Positions 14,581 through 26,405 of a DNA stretch of 64,000 bases are shown piece by piece. Every line of letters begins with the position of its first letter. Within the stretch, counting starts at the first letter, position 1. The stretch lies in NCBI RefSeq assembly GCF_009914755.1, contig NC_060938.1; one strand, 5' to 3'. The translations under genes and the position numbers were made by a program. The notes beneath the pieces were generated by a model. The model saw only the letters and a program-made list of their open reading frames with translations. It had not been told where the DNA came from and made no database searches. The DNA comes from the human T2T-CHM13v2.0 reference genome, Homo sapiens.

Positions 14581-15074
14581 GAAACAAAGGATGAGGAATG
14601 TATTTTTTAAAAAAACAGTGTTAGGAAAGATTAACTTATCTGAAAGTGTGCCAGATACAGGACAATAATTATTCTGTAAGGCTTAACAAATGGCTACCAT
14701 ATGTATGCAAAACACTCACGGAGAGGCAAAAAGTAGAACAGTTGCTAACATGAAGAAATTTAAAATATAATGGAAGTTCACAACTGGCACCCTGCCATGT
14801 TTGTATGTTCATGAAAGGTCCTCTTCAATTAAAAATATTACCAGTTGAACAGGAAAAGTAGTGGGAACAATACTCATTAGGAGAATCTTGAGTCAAGAGG
14901 AGGCCAAACCCAGGCAGGCATCATCACAGCCTGGCAGAAGAGGGAGTCAGCCCAGAAGAAAGACTCTTCAGCTTAAGGGTGTTGCATGAAAGCTCCAGAT
15001 AAGGAGGCAGATTCCTGGCCAGTGTGTGGAAGAGAATTAGAGGATTCAGAGCAGAATGAGAACAGAGAAGCACC

Positions 15075-15595
15075 TATTCAGCCTTTAAAGAAGAGATCCT
15101 GCCATTTGTGACAACTTGGATAAATCTAGATGACATTGTCCTAAGCGAAATAAGCCAGACACAGAAGGGAAAATACTGCATAATTTCATTGATATGTGCA
15201 ATTAAAAAATCAAATACATAGGAATAGAGTAAAATGGTGATTACCAGGTGAGGGGAATAGGAAGATGTAAATCAAAAGGTACAAAGTCGTAAATATGTGA
15301 AATGAATAAGTCTAGAGATATAATGTACAACATAACGATGGATTATTGTTAACAATATAATAATAATACATTATGCATGGGTAATTTGCCAGGAGAATAG
15401 ATTTTAGGTACAATTACCACCAAAAAGAAAGGTAATTACAAAAGATGATGGGTATGTTATTAATAATTTACTCGACTGTAATAGTCACTTCCCTGTGCAT
15501 ACATAGATCAACATAAGTATATCAAAACATCATGTTGCATACCTTAAATATATACAATAAAAAATGTTTTAAAAGAAAAAGAAAATAGAGAAAAA
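15075..15595 (+). mobile_element. L1MA (MA7-9-like) 3' end
   Basis: TATTCAGCCTTTAAAGAAGAGATCCTGCCATTTGTGACAAC..TATCAAAACATCATGTTGCATACCTTAAATATATACAATAAA followed by an A-rich tail. Confidence 0.8.
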
Positions 15596-15971
15596 ACAAA
15601 AGAGGAGAAGGTTTCTTATCAGAGAGATGGTACCTCCTGGTGAGCTGCGGTCTGCTTCGTCAGAGCCTACATACACCCCTGGTTTTGCTCAATTCTTAAC
15701 ATCCAGAGGGCCAAGACCTCAGCTGCATCTGTAAACTCCTTACCAGTAAGACTGGCCATTTGGAATTTCAAAGCCTTCTCTGGCCATCACCTCTATTTTC
15801 CTCCTTATTTCTTTGTTCCAGGTGTCTGTTTTCTCAGTGTTCTTCCTGACTCTAAACTTTCATTACAACTTTCTGGATTCCTCTGCAGTTCTCTGGCCTT
15901 GCCTGTCATCTCTCTGATAGTCAGCTCCCGCCACAGAGAGAGGGCTTTTCCACACAGGTGCTCGTCCTTCT

Positions 15972-15973
15972 AT

Positions 15974-16016
<43 letters not shown>

Positions 16017-16352
16017 TTTTTTGAGACAGAGTTTCGCTCTGTTGCCCAGGCTGAAGTGCAGGATCTCACTGAAAGCTCCATCCCCAGGTTCAAGCCATTC
16101 TTCTGCCTCAGCCTCCCGAGTAGCTGGGAATACAGGCACCCGCCACCATGCCCGGCTAATTCTTTGTATTTTTAGTAGAGATTTCACCTTACTAAAGGTG
16201 TTTCACCTTACTATTTTTAGTAAAGGTTTCACTTACTTTAGTAGGGGTTTCACCGTGTCAGCCAGGATGGTCTCAATCTCCTGACCTCATGATCTGCCTG
16301 CCTCCGCTTCCCAAAGTGCTGGGATTACAGGCGTGAGCCACCGCGCCCAGCC
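15972..16352 (-). mobile_element. AluY with (TAAA)n tail and a 62-bp internal insertion
   Basis: AluY diagnostics (AAGCTCC, GCCATTC, CAGGATGGTCTC); TSD CGTCCTTCT/CATCCTTCT (15963-15971 and 16353-16361). Confidence 0.93.
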
Positions 16353-17341
16353 CATCCTTCTCTCTTGACCACTCCTCTGCCTCTCCTGATGGCTGGAAAT
16401 AGTCAGTCTGCATTAATCTGCTCTCAGCTAGAGCCTGCCTTTTTAAGTATTCTAGGCTCTCTTCAAGCTAAACAACTGTATTTTTCAAAAAGAAAAATTT
16501 AATCACAGTTTTGGCCTTTAACTGAGTTTGTCAAACTCATTTTTCTGAGTTTATCAGAAAAATATATGCCTACACTTATTCACTAGAGTTGAAAAATTAG
16601 ACAATCACAGTCTTGTGCTATTTTTATCTTTTCTTTCCCTCGATTTCTATTTTCAAATATTCTCCTTATTTACCATCTTTACTTGAAGAGTAAAATGCAC
16701 TAATTGGATACATGGCAGTGAATTTCCTGAAAGACTCAGCAACCTTAGCAGGTGACAGGTCTTCCAGTGCTAGGGACAAACCTCAGCAGTAAGAGAGGCT
16801 ATTCCTCAGAAGAAACCTTCACCCAGTCAGCCTTCAACGAATCTCAGATAAGCCTAGGAGTACACCCTAAATTTCCTAACTGAGCCTGGAGCAAAGCGTT
16901 ATTATTCTGCGTGCTCAGTAACAGCCACCGACTGCATCTATGCTACAAAACTAAGCTTGTACCTAATGAGGTGATGTTTTTCTGTATGTTCTACAGACTA
17001 AAAGTCTCCAGGTTGTATGCAGATGCTTTCACAGCGGTGTGTGACATGGCCCAGCCATCTCCAGCTTTAAGCTCTTCCTCAATGCAAGATTTGCCCTGTC
17101 TCAGTAACCACCAGGAAGCTTTTCTTTGGCCATCCTATTTCACAGAAAACAGAACTGCTTGTTGCCAGTTTTATTTCTTAACAGAGTTCTTCTCCCTCCC
17201 AACTTTAAAAAAGAGCATTAAGTCTTCTAATCATACTATTCAAGGGAAAATATTGAGAATTAAAAGGAAGAGGGAAAGGAAAAAAGTTTAAAAAAGGACT
17301 TACGATACATGCTGCTTTAAAAAGAGGACGGTAGGCCTCCT

Positions 17342-17717
17342 TGAGACAGCCAGGTAGGAAGGGCTCCCCGGCAGAACCTCCTAAGTCCTGCGCACTGGGA
17401 GGAATGTGCACTGGGGTGGAGCCTTGGGAAATTCACGCTCTTTGCAGGGGGAGGAGCCTGGCCTCTCTCTCCTCTTCCTAAGTATGGTCCCTGGGATTCA
17501 ATCTGCAAAGCGGGAAGCCTACTAGCAGGACCCTGGCTTTGCGGAGTGCCTGTTTCCCTTTTCTTCCTGGGCGATAAAAAAAGGGATACATCTCATTTTA
17601 CTCATTTTCCCAATATATCTCATTTTTCTCACCCTTCAAATTGTCTGCAAGCCTAATTTTGGCGGTTGTATGACAAGGACCACATCTTTAGCTGAACTAA
17701 GGAAAAGTCCTACAACA
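17342..17717 (+). mobile_element. ERV1 solo LTR, MER61 family
   Basis: TGAGACAGCC..GGGCTCCCCGGCAGAACCTCC..GGGGTGGAGCC..TTAGCTGAACTAAGGAAAAGTCCTACAACA; perfect 4-bp TSD TCCT. Confidence 0.85.
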
Positions 17718-17814
17718 TCCTTGCAAGACATACTTTTATTAACCTGTTAATGAAGTTGATATGAATGTAATCTGTTAGATTTCTAATCTATTAGATATCT
17801 AATCTACTGGGGTC

Positions 17815-18051
17815 TCACATTCTCCTCCAGATCTTTATTGAAGTTCCCAGAGGTATGTAGGGTATCTGGACACTGAGGACGGCCCATCAGGTTCTTGAGT
17901 CATCTGACCAGGCAGTGTCTGCTGAGGCTTCTGTTTCAAGTCTCTGTCATCTTCCTGTGGATCTTCCCTAATGCCTTTGAAATGGCCTTCTCCAGTCTCA
18001 TGGCTCTCTCTACTAAATCTGTGCATTGCTTTGAGGTATAAAATATCTCCA
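17815..18051 (-). other. Candidate 3'-terminal exon of a minus-strand transcript (lncRNA or alternative last exon)
   Basis: Acceptor CTTTAACTTCACCTTTTTCTCTTTCTCCTCAG| (branch-like TTAAC, AG at 18053-18052) and AATAAA at 17839-17834; the lower bound is an estimated cleavage site. Confidence 0.45.
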
Positions 18052-18789
18052 CTGAGGAGAAAGAGAAAAAGGTGAAGTTAAAGGAGAAAAAGCTGAAAAG
18101 TTGCCAGTTCTTACTGTCATCAGGGGTCAGGCTTCAGAACATATGTTAACATAGAACTTGTCTAATTAGCAAACTGAATTGCATTGAAAAAAGAAACAGG
18201 AAAACTCTGCTACAAAGAGCAAAATTTCATGTGGGTCAATTGGCTTTATCCTTACATACTCTAGAATTAGGAATTCAAACAACTCAACAACAACAAAAGA
18301 AAAATAATCCCACTAAAAATGGGCAAAGGACATAGATAGACATTTTTCAAAAGAAGACATACAAATGGCCAACAATATGAAAAACTGCTTAACATCATTA
18401 ATCGTCAAAGAAATGCAAATGAAAACCACAATGAGATACCATCTTACACCAGTGAGGTGGCTATTACTAAAAACTCAAAAAAATCACAGATATTGGCGAG
18501 GATAGGGAGAAAAGGGAAACCTTACACACTGTCGGTGTGAATGTAAATTAGCACAATCTCTATGGGAAACAATACGGAGATTTCTCAAAGAACTAAAAAT
18601 AGAACTACCATTTGATCCAGCAATCCCACTACTGGGTAACTACTCAAAAGAAAAGAAATTGTTATATTAAAAAGATTCTTATATTCATATGTTTATCACA
18701 GCACCATTCCCAATAGCAAATATTTGGAATCAACCTAAGTGTCCATCAACAGATGATTAAACAAAATGTGATATATATATAAATATGTA

Positions 18790-18965
18790 TAATAAAATAA
18801 GCAAACTACAGGCTACAGAAAATATTTGAAATATTCAACAATAAAATAATTCCCAGAATATATTTTTAACATTTTATGAATCAATAATAAAAAGACCAAA
18901 CCAATTTAAATGGTTAAAATATTTGAACAAATACTTCCAAAAGAAGATAGAGGAATGTCCAATAA
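18790..18965 (+). repeat. Dispersed direct copy of 13722-13899
   Basis: 176 vs 178 bp; 6 substitutions and 2 single-base indels by manual alignment. Confidence 0.95.
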
Positions 18966-19191
18966 TATTATATATATAATGATATATATAATGATATATA
19001 TATCATATATATCATTATATATATCATTATATATCATATTATGTTATATAATGATATATCATAATAATTATATATCATATTATGATATATAATTATATAT
19101 CATAATAATTATATATCATATTATATATGATATATAATGATATATAATATATGATATATAATGATATATATCATATTATGATATATGATAC
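18966..19191. repeat. Complex AT-rich microsatellite (ATAT, ATGAT and ATCAT units)
   Basis: ~225 bp almost entirely A/T, with self-complementary TGATATATATCA units. Confidence 0.95.
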
Positions 19192-19229
19192 AACAGATCA
19201 GAATGAGTGATTTGCTACATGATACAATG
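19192..19229 (+). repeat. 38-bp copy of 19903-19940
   Basis: AACA(G/C)ATCAGAATGAGTGATTTGCTACATGATACAATG; the last 33 bp are identical. Confidence 0.95.
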
Positions 19230-21392
19230 ATATATGTTACATATATATAAAGAAATGTGGTGTACATTAAAAGAATGAAATCATGTCTTTTGCAGCAGCA
19301 TATATGGAACTAGAGACCATTATGTTAAGTGAAACAACTCAGAAAGACAAGTATCACATGTTTTCACTTATAAGCGGGAGCTAAATGTATAGACATGGAC
19401 ATAGAGTGTGGATTGATAGACACTGGAGATTCAGAAGGGTGGGGGGACTTGAGGGATGACAAATTACTTTATGGATACAATGTATATTATTTGGGTGATG
19501 GTTACACTAAAAGCTCAGACTTCACCACTACTCAATATATCCATATAACAAAACTGCACTTATACAAATTAATTAATTAATTTAAAAAATTAAAACAATA
19601 TGAGTGAGTCCAAAGCTTGAAAACAATAAACAGCATAAGTAGCAAATCATGAAGACAGAGTTCTTGTGGAAAGTAAACAAGAGAAAAGTGAAGAGAGAGA
19701 GGCAGGGCCGCCAAGAATCCTAGCAGGAAAAAAATATGCCCACTCTCCAGCAAGAGCAAATTGGCTAAGATCATGCACAGAAGATTGGTCCTCAAGCCTG
19801 GGATCATTTCTAGGATACTAAGCCCTGGTAATTTGCATGGGCTTTCCTCCTCTTCACTCTTACTAACCATGGGTAGAAGCAAAATAAAAGCCACAGGGAT
19901 TAAACACATCAGAATGAGTGATTTGCTACATGATACAATGTTTTTGGAAGCACAGTAAGAAAGGCCATTGGTAGTTTCATCAAAATAATTCTGGTGCTTT
20001 TCACTCACTAAACACTGTGAATGGGAGTTAAATACAGTAGCACATATGTCATACTTATGAGAATTTAAAATAAGAATACACACACAACATCAGCTTGCTA
20101 CAAAGCTTTGGCTACTTTTTCCTGCAGAAGGCAAGAAATGGCCGGAGCTTCCTTCTGCCAATCATTGCCACCATGTGCGACTATCATAAACCAGCTTTTC
20201 TAACACAACTGCATGTACACACTTCCAGATAGCCCTGATAAAAGACTGCCAAAGGCTTAGAGGCTCTTGCTGACCATGGCTCAAATAATTACTTCTCTTT
20301 GTCCATTGACCATTTCAGAGTTTGATCCAATTACTGAACAATTTCTGCCCTCATTCAGGAAATTGACAATGCCCATATAATCTCAGACTGAGAGGATATG
20401 GGTCTACTCTGCTCTGCAAAGGCCTAACAGGTCTTTAATTCCTTTTTTGGCAGACGATTTTCTGATTAAAAACTTTTGAATTTCTAGTTAAACACTCAGG
20501 AAGAATCTTCAGAGAAAGACTGTAATGTATCCAGTGTCATTACCGTGGCCGCTAATCAGCTCATTGTCGGTAGAGTTCCTTTGGGCTCAGTTAGAAGCCT
20601 TTTTTTATTTTCTATACAAATGCTCAAGGCCTACGTTTTCATACAGTTAATTTGCATTTTTATAGGGTGAACCCATTTTGTATGCCAGGGAGTCATCTGT
20701 GGATTTTGCACTGGATACTTTTTTAAAATGCATTTAACATAATGAAGGATAGATTGCTAGATACTGAAGTATAGAGGTTAGTACAAAATAGTTGAAAACG
20801 TGTCTCACCTAGACATAATAAACCGAGAAATAGTATATCTTTCTTTTTGAAAACCAAAATCTATGCAGTTTTAGACAGAATATATATTTATATATGTGTG
20901 TGTGGAGAACACACAGACACAATTAGCTCTTTTATAAATGAGTGACTGTAAAATTCAGTAAAAAATAATGAAGTTATACTCTGTATAAAAAAAAATACTA
21001 AAGTTGCCAGAATTCTACAGCTGCTGTAGAAGCTCCTAACTGAAGATATTTAAAATTAACAGAAAACATTGTAAGCAGAAATAACACTAATTAAAAACAC
21101 TTATTAAATCAGCATGGATTATTTTCCAGAAGAAAGAGAGAAAAAGAATGGGAAAGGACTGTGGCTGACGTGAGAGAGCCAGAATCTATGTTTTCAGTGG
21201 AATTACAATATGAATTGCAAGGAATGCAAAGCCCTGTCAAGTCAACACAGGAATAGAAAGATAAATAAGACACAGTCCTTGTTCTGGGCTTATGAAAAAA
21301 ATGGAAAATCACCATAAAGAATTGTCAGTACCATTTTTAGCTTTAGCTTATGTTTCTCACGGCTCTAGCTCCTGGCATGAAAACTCTCAGAC

Positions 21393-21564
21393 CAGTCGTG
21401 CCTTGCTATTCAAAAAGTGGCCTGTGGATCCGTAGCATAGGCGACACGTGGAAGTTTATTAAAACTGCAAAGTCTCAGGCCTCACCCCGCGCTACTGAAT
21501 CAAAATCTGCATTTTAACAAATCCCCAGGTGATTCTTATGCACATTAAAATCTGAGAAGCACTG
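21393..21564. mobile_element. MER5-family hAT-Charlie MITE
   Basis: CTCAGGCCTCACCCC..CTACTGAATCAAAATCTGCATTTTAACAAATCCCCAGGTGATTC..GAGAAGCACTG. Confidence 0.85.
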
Positions 21565-21895
21565 GTGTAGAGCTCTGTTTGCCCATATTTTTAATTCTGC
21601 CAAAGCTCTATTTAAAACCAATTGATTTCCTAATTATAAGTTATATCTCTTTGAAAATATACTTTGATTATGTTCTTTCTTGTTCAAAACGCTTCAGTGG
21701 TTTCCCTACTTTCTAACCATAGCCCTCAGGGCACACTACAGTCTGACCCATACTTATCTTTTCCATAGATGAAACACACGTGTACACACACACACACACA
21801 AACACACACTAGGAATCTGGTATCACCATCCCCAGACACTCCTTGCATTCATTTTTACCTGGCATCTTTATTCATTTGATCCCCTCTCCCTCAAG

Positions 21896-22071
21896 CAATG
21901 CTTCCTAATTTTGGCTTCCCATTAAAAACTGTTAGGAAAGATATTAAAATCCTGTTGCCCAGATGTCACCCCAGACCAAGTAAATCAAGTCTCTAGAGGT
22001 GCAGCACACACATTAGTGTTTTTATAGCTCCCTAGGAAGATTTCAATATACAACCAAGGTTATGAACCAGT
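21896..22071. mobile_element. MER5A-like MITE
   Basis: CAATGCTTC..CACCCCAGACCAAGTAAATCA..CAACCAAGGTTATGAACCAGTG. Confidence 0.7.
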
Positions 22072-22677
22072 GGCATAGAAAATCTTCCCTCCTCACAATT
22101 CACATTCTGAAATCCTATCCATTCTTCAAGGCAGAGATCAAATGCAGCCCCCAATCATTCCAACATACTGAAATCTCTTCCTTATAACTCACAGGCACTT
22201 TTTAGTCCATGTCTTCTTTTTGCAAACTGCAACATAGTAGATGCTAATTTTATCTTTAATTAAAAGACTGTTAAATCTAAAGTTGCCACTGGATCCCTAG
22301 GGAAAGACTGGAGGCAAAAGGTACTCCCATCTCCCACTGATGGCAAACTTGCATGATATGACAGAGCCTAGCAGGGAGTGGGGCTCTGAAGAACACATAA
22401 AAATATGACAACTGAAGAGAGAAAAGGGAGAAAGAGGAAATGGGTAGCTAGAGGGCTCCTTCCAGATTCCGGTCTTCCTCCTATCTAGCTCAGTCATGGC
22501 AGTGTCACCAGATAACCCAGTTGCCAAAGTCAAGAAGAAACCCTATTCCTCACTCTCATCTTGTTTATTATTCATCTCCCTCCACTAAAATACAAGGTCT
22601 GGAAGGCAGAGAGTATTGTTTTTTTATTCACTGATATAATTTCCTATTGACTAGAGAAGTATGTGGCACAGAGAAAG

Positions 22678-23248
22678 TGTGATACTTAATTTAATATGTC
22701 AACTTGACTGGGCCACAGGATGCCCAGACATTAGGCCAAATATTATTCTGGCTGTGTCTGTGAGGATGTTTCTGGATGAGATGAACATTCTAGCCAGTAG
22801 ACTGAGGAAAGCATAGTGCCCTTCCCAGCATGGGAGGGTCTCATCCATCTGTTGAAGGCCTGGATAAAATAAAAAGACTGAGTAAGGGGGAGTCCACTCT
22901 CTTTGTCTAACTGTCTTTAAGCTGGGACATCAGTCTTTTCCCGACTTTGGACTCAGATTTGGACTGGAACTCACATTCCCAGCTCTCCTGCTTCTCAGGC
23001 CTTCATACTTAGCCTGGAGTTGTACCATCAGGCCCCTTGGGTCTCCAGCTTGCTGACTGCAGATATTGTGACTTCTTAGCCTCCATAATCATGACAGTCA
23101 ATTCCTTATAATAAATACTTTCTCTCCCTCTCTGTCTCTCCTCCCCTCCCTCTCTCTGTCTCTCCCTCTCTCGCTCCACGTTCCCCCCACCCATCTATAT
23201 AACTATATACAACTTATTGGTTATATTTTCCTGGAGAACACTAACACA
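22678..23248 (+). mobile_element. MLT2 (B/D-like) ERVL solo LTR inserted in an L2 tail
   Basis: TGTGA..TATGTCAACTTGACTGGGCCACAGGATGCCCAGA..CT-rich tract..CTGGAGAACACTAACACA; the L2 tail resumes as GAATGAATGA after it. Confidence 0.85.
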
Positions 23249-23816
23249 GAAGATGTTCAATGAATAGTTGTTGAGTGAATGAATGATCTGATGAGCAATT
23301 CTTTGCCGTTCCTTAGTTCAAGCTTTCATTGTGTTGTACCTGAATAACTTTTCCTAGCTTAGACACACACACACACACTCAATCCTTTATGCATTTATTC
23401 TTGGAAGAAATGCCTTTTCAAACCCCAAATGTGACCACGGTGACCACAATTTCTCTCCAGCTTAAAATTAAGTGCTCATCATCTGCCCCGAATACAGTTT
23501 GGTTTCTTAAGCATCCCACATAAAACATTGAGAATTCAACCCCTACCACATATTTAGCCTCATCTTCTATAGTTATCACCCTTCACTTTCCACTTCCATA
23601 CCAAAAGTTTCTTTCCTGGTGGTTTATCTGATATCCAAGGGCCTCACTCATCTCTGCCCTTGCATATACGGTCTTCACTGTCTAGAATTACTTTCTGCCC
23701 TTTGTCCACTTAGAAAACTACTTTTCATCCTTTAAAACGAAGTTCAGTGATAGCTCCTCCAAAAGCCTTTGATTCTTCCAAAATAGGATTTACTACTCAT
23801 CTCTTTTTGATATTAA

Positions 23817-24141
<325 letters not shown>

Positions 24142-24164
24142 TAATTTTTTGTACACTTTTATTG

Positions 24165-24700
24165 GTCGTGTAATTAGGATGCTTTGAGCTACAAAAACCA
24201 GAATGCCTACGAGTAGTTTTTAAATGAAAGAGCCATTTAATTATCTCACATATTAAGAGTTCAGGCCATTCTAGGCCATGTGCAGTAGATAAACTAAGCC
24301 ATGATGGATCCAGGCTTCACTACCATCCTTAGTATGTCTGTGATGTTCCTCCTGTTTAGAGCTGCAAAATGGCCTCTATGGCTCCAGGCATCCTCACTTC
24401 ACAGGATGGGGTCCTAAGCAAGAAGTAAGGAGTTGGAGCAAAAGGACTTTATTTTTCATCAGGTAAAAAATTAGCTTCAGAATACCAACACAGACTTTCT
24501 TTTAGGTATTCTTAGCCAAAATTGGTCATATGCTTGTTTCATAACCGATCTCTGGCAAAGAGACACAGGACATCAATAGATACACCAATCATAATTCATC
24601 ACCTAGGCCTGGAAAAATTGTCACAATCACAAAACTGAGATCCTATAAACTGAAGCAGAAAAGAGAATGACCACAGGATGAGTAACCAACATTGGTACTA
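24165..24700 (-). mobile_element. Old MLT1-type LTR
   Basis: TTAGGATGCTTTGAGCTACAAAAACCAGAA..CAAAATGGCC..GCTCCAGGCATC..TTGGTCATATGC. Confidence 0.5.
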
Positions 24701-25140
24701 CATTAGTCTATATGTCTTTCTCCCCAGCAAGATGCAGTAGGTTTGAGAGCAAGGTCTATATCATTTCACCTTCTAGCCTAAGTCCATAGGACAATGCCTG
24801 GCATTGAATGTATGGAATTGAATTCTGAGGCTCATCTAGGAATAAAACCCTAGTTACAATAATTACATAAGCAGCCTAAGGGGAAAGAAAAGCCAAATTT
24901 CCCTTTGGCTTTGTTTTCCCATTCATAAAGTAGAGGTAATACCCCTTCACTCCCTAAACTTCACATTAAAAATTTTAGGCTAGATCCAGTCATTGTTTAT
25001 GATACATAAGAAAACAAAGCATGAAAATACAAATCAAAAATCTAAATACCTATTTTCATGAGCAACACGGAATTGTTGTCAAATGATGAAGATGTGTATA
25101 TTTACGGGGCACTTGCCTCTGAGAGGCAAACTTTACATAC

Positions 25141-25557
25141 TATGTTAGTTTACAGGGCTGCTGTAACTAAGTACCACATATTGGTGGCTTAAATAATATA
25201 AATTTATTGTTTCACAGATCTGGAGGTTAGAAGTTCAAAATCAAGGTACCAACAGGGTTAGTTCCTTCTGAGGGCTGTGAGGGAAAGACCTCTTCTAGGC
25301 CTCTCTTCTTGGCTTGTAGTTGGCCATCTTCTCCCTGTGTATCTTCACATCAGCTTCCCTCTGTCCATGTCTCGGTGAACAGTTTCTCTTTTACATAAGG
25401 ACACCAGTTGTACTGGATTAAGGCCTACCCTAATGACCTCATCTTAACTTGATTACCTCTGTAAAGACCCTATCTCCAAATATGATCACATTCTGAGGTA
25501 CTGAGGGTTAAAAATTCAACCTATGAAATTTAGGGAGACACAATTCAGCCCATAACA
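25141..25557 (-). mobile_element. MLT1B-like solo LTR (within a MIR)
   Basis: GGGCTGCTGTAACTAAGTACCAC..AAGACCCTATCTCCAAATA..CACAATTCAGCCCATAACA. Confidence 0.85.
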
Positions 25558-26179
25558 TATGCGTTATCCTCCCAGTCATCTTCTGCAATAGATGCTATCA
25601 TTAGTCTCATTTCAGAGAGAAAGGCATTGTGAATTGGTGAGGCCAAGTAGGTTCTCCAAGGACACTAGGGACTGGTGGAGCAGACTCCCTATCTTATTTA
25701 TGAACTAACTATAATTTAGGATGGCAGTATTATTTATAAAATATAGATACTAATTTTGAAATACTTGATAACGTCACCTGAAATATTCATTTTAATTACA
25801 TTTTGAAGACATTATAACCAGGAAATATAAAACTGAAGTAGATAGTTTCCTTGGTGATCATTGAGTCCAGTCACTTCATTTCACACCTGTGGAAACTGAG
25901 GCCCAGATATGGAAATGTACTTAGTTAAAGTCAAATAGCCTGTTCAGGGAAAGACAACCAGAATGCAGATGTCAGCCCGGGGTTTTTTCTATACTGTGCC
26001 TCTGACTCTCAAAGTACAAAGCAGACCACTGTTAAAGGAGGCTCACTGGCCTGAGAGTTCAGAGACTCAGGAGCTTTTGCTAACTTTGCTACTGAATACA
26101 TGGAACTGATTACTTATACTGTTACTCATCTAACAAATATTTCTGCGACTCTGTCCTCTACAAAGGAGATATGTCCCAG

Positions 26180-26405
26180 TTAAAAACATGGGCTTTGGGA
26201 TCCTACTATTCCGATCCTGATTCTGTCATTTACTAAATGATCTTGGAAAATGGACCAAACTTCCTGCTATTCTAACTCGTCATCTGTTCAGTAGAGATCA
26301 TCACAGCTCTTGGCTCACAGGGTCATAATGAGAATTAAATGAGTTAATGCATGCAAAGGACGTAATAAGGAGCCTGGCATGCAGTAACATTCAGCACATG
26401 TTAGC
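26180..26405 (+). mobile_element. MIR
   Basis: CATGGGCTTTGG..CTCACAGGGTCATAATGAGAATTAAATGAGTTAATGCATGCAAAG..GCCTGGCA. Confidence 0.7.

Larger units (their letters stand above)
18270..19590 (+). mobile_element. L1PB3/4-like 3' fragment interrupted by an AT microsatellite and templated insertions
   Basis: ORF2 C-terminal motifs and 3' UTR GGGTGATGGTTACACTAAAAGCTCAGACTTCACCACTAC..AAAACTGCACTT. Confidence 0.85.

Noticed and set aside
17342-17717. p53 response element known from some MER61 subfamilies
   Set aside because: I could not find paired RRRCWWGYYY half-sites in this copy.
18966-19191. CRISPR-like repeat-spacer array suggested by captured sequences beside repeats
   Set aside because: No constant-length repeat or spacer periodicity, a eukaryotic context, and the captures are local copies.
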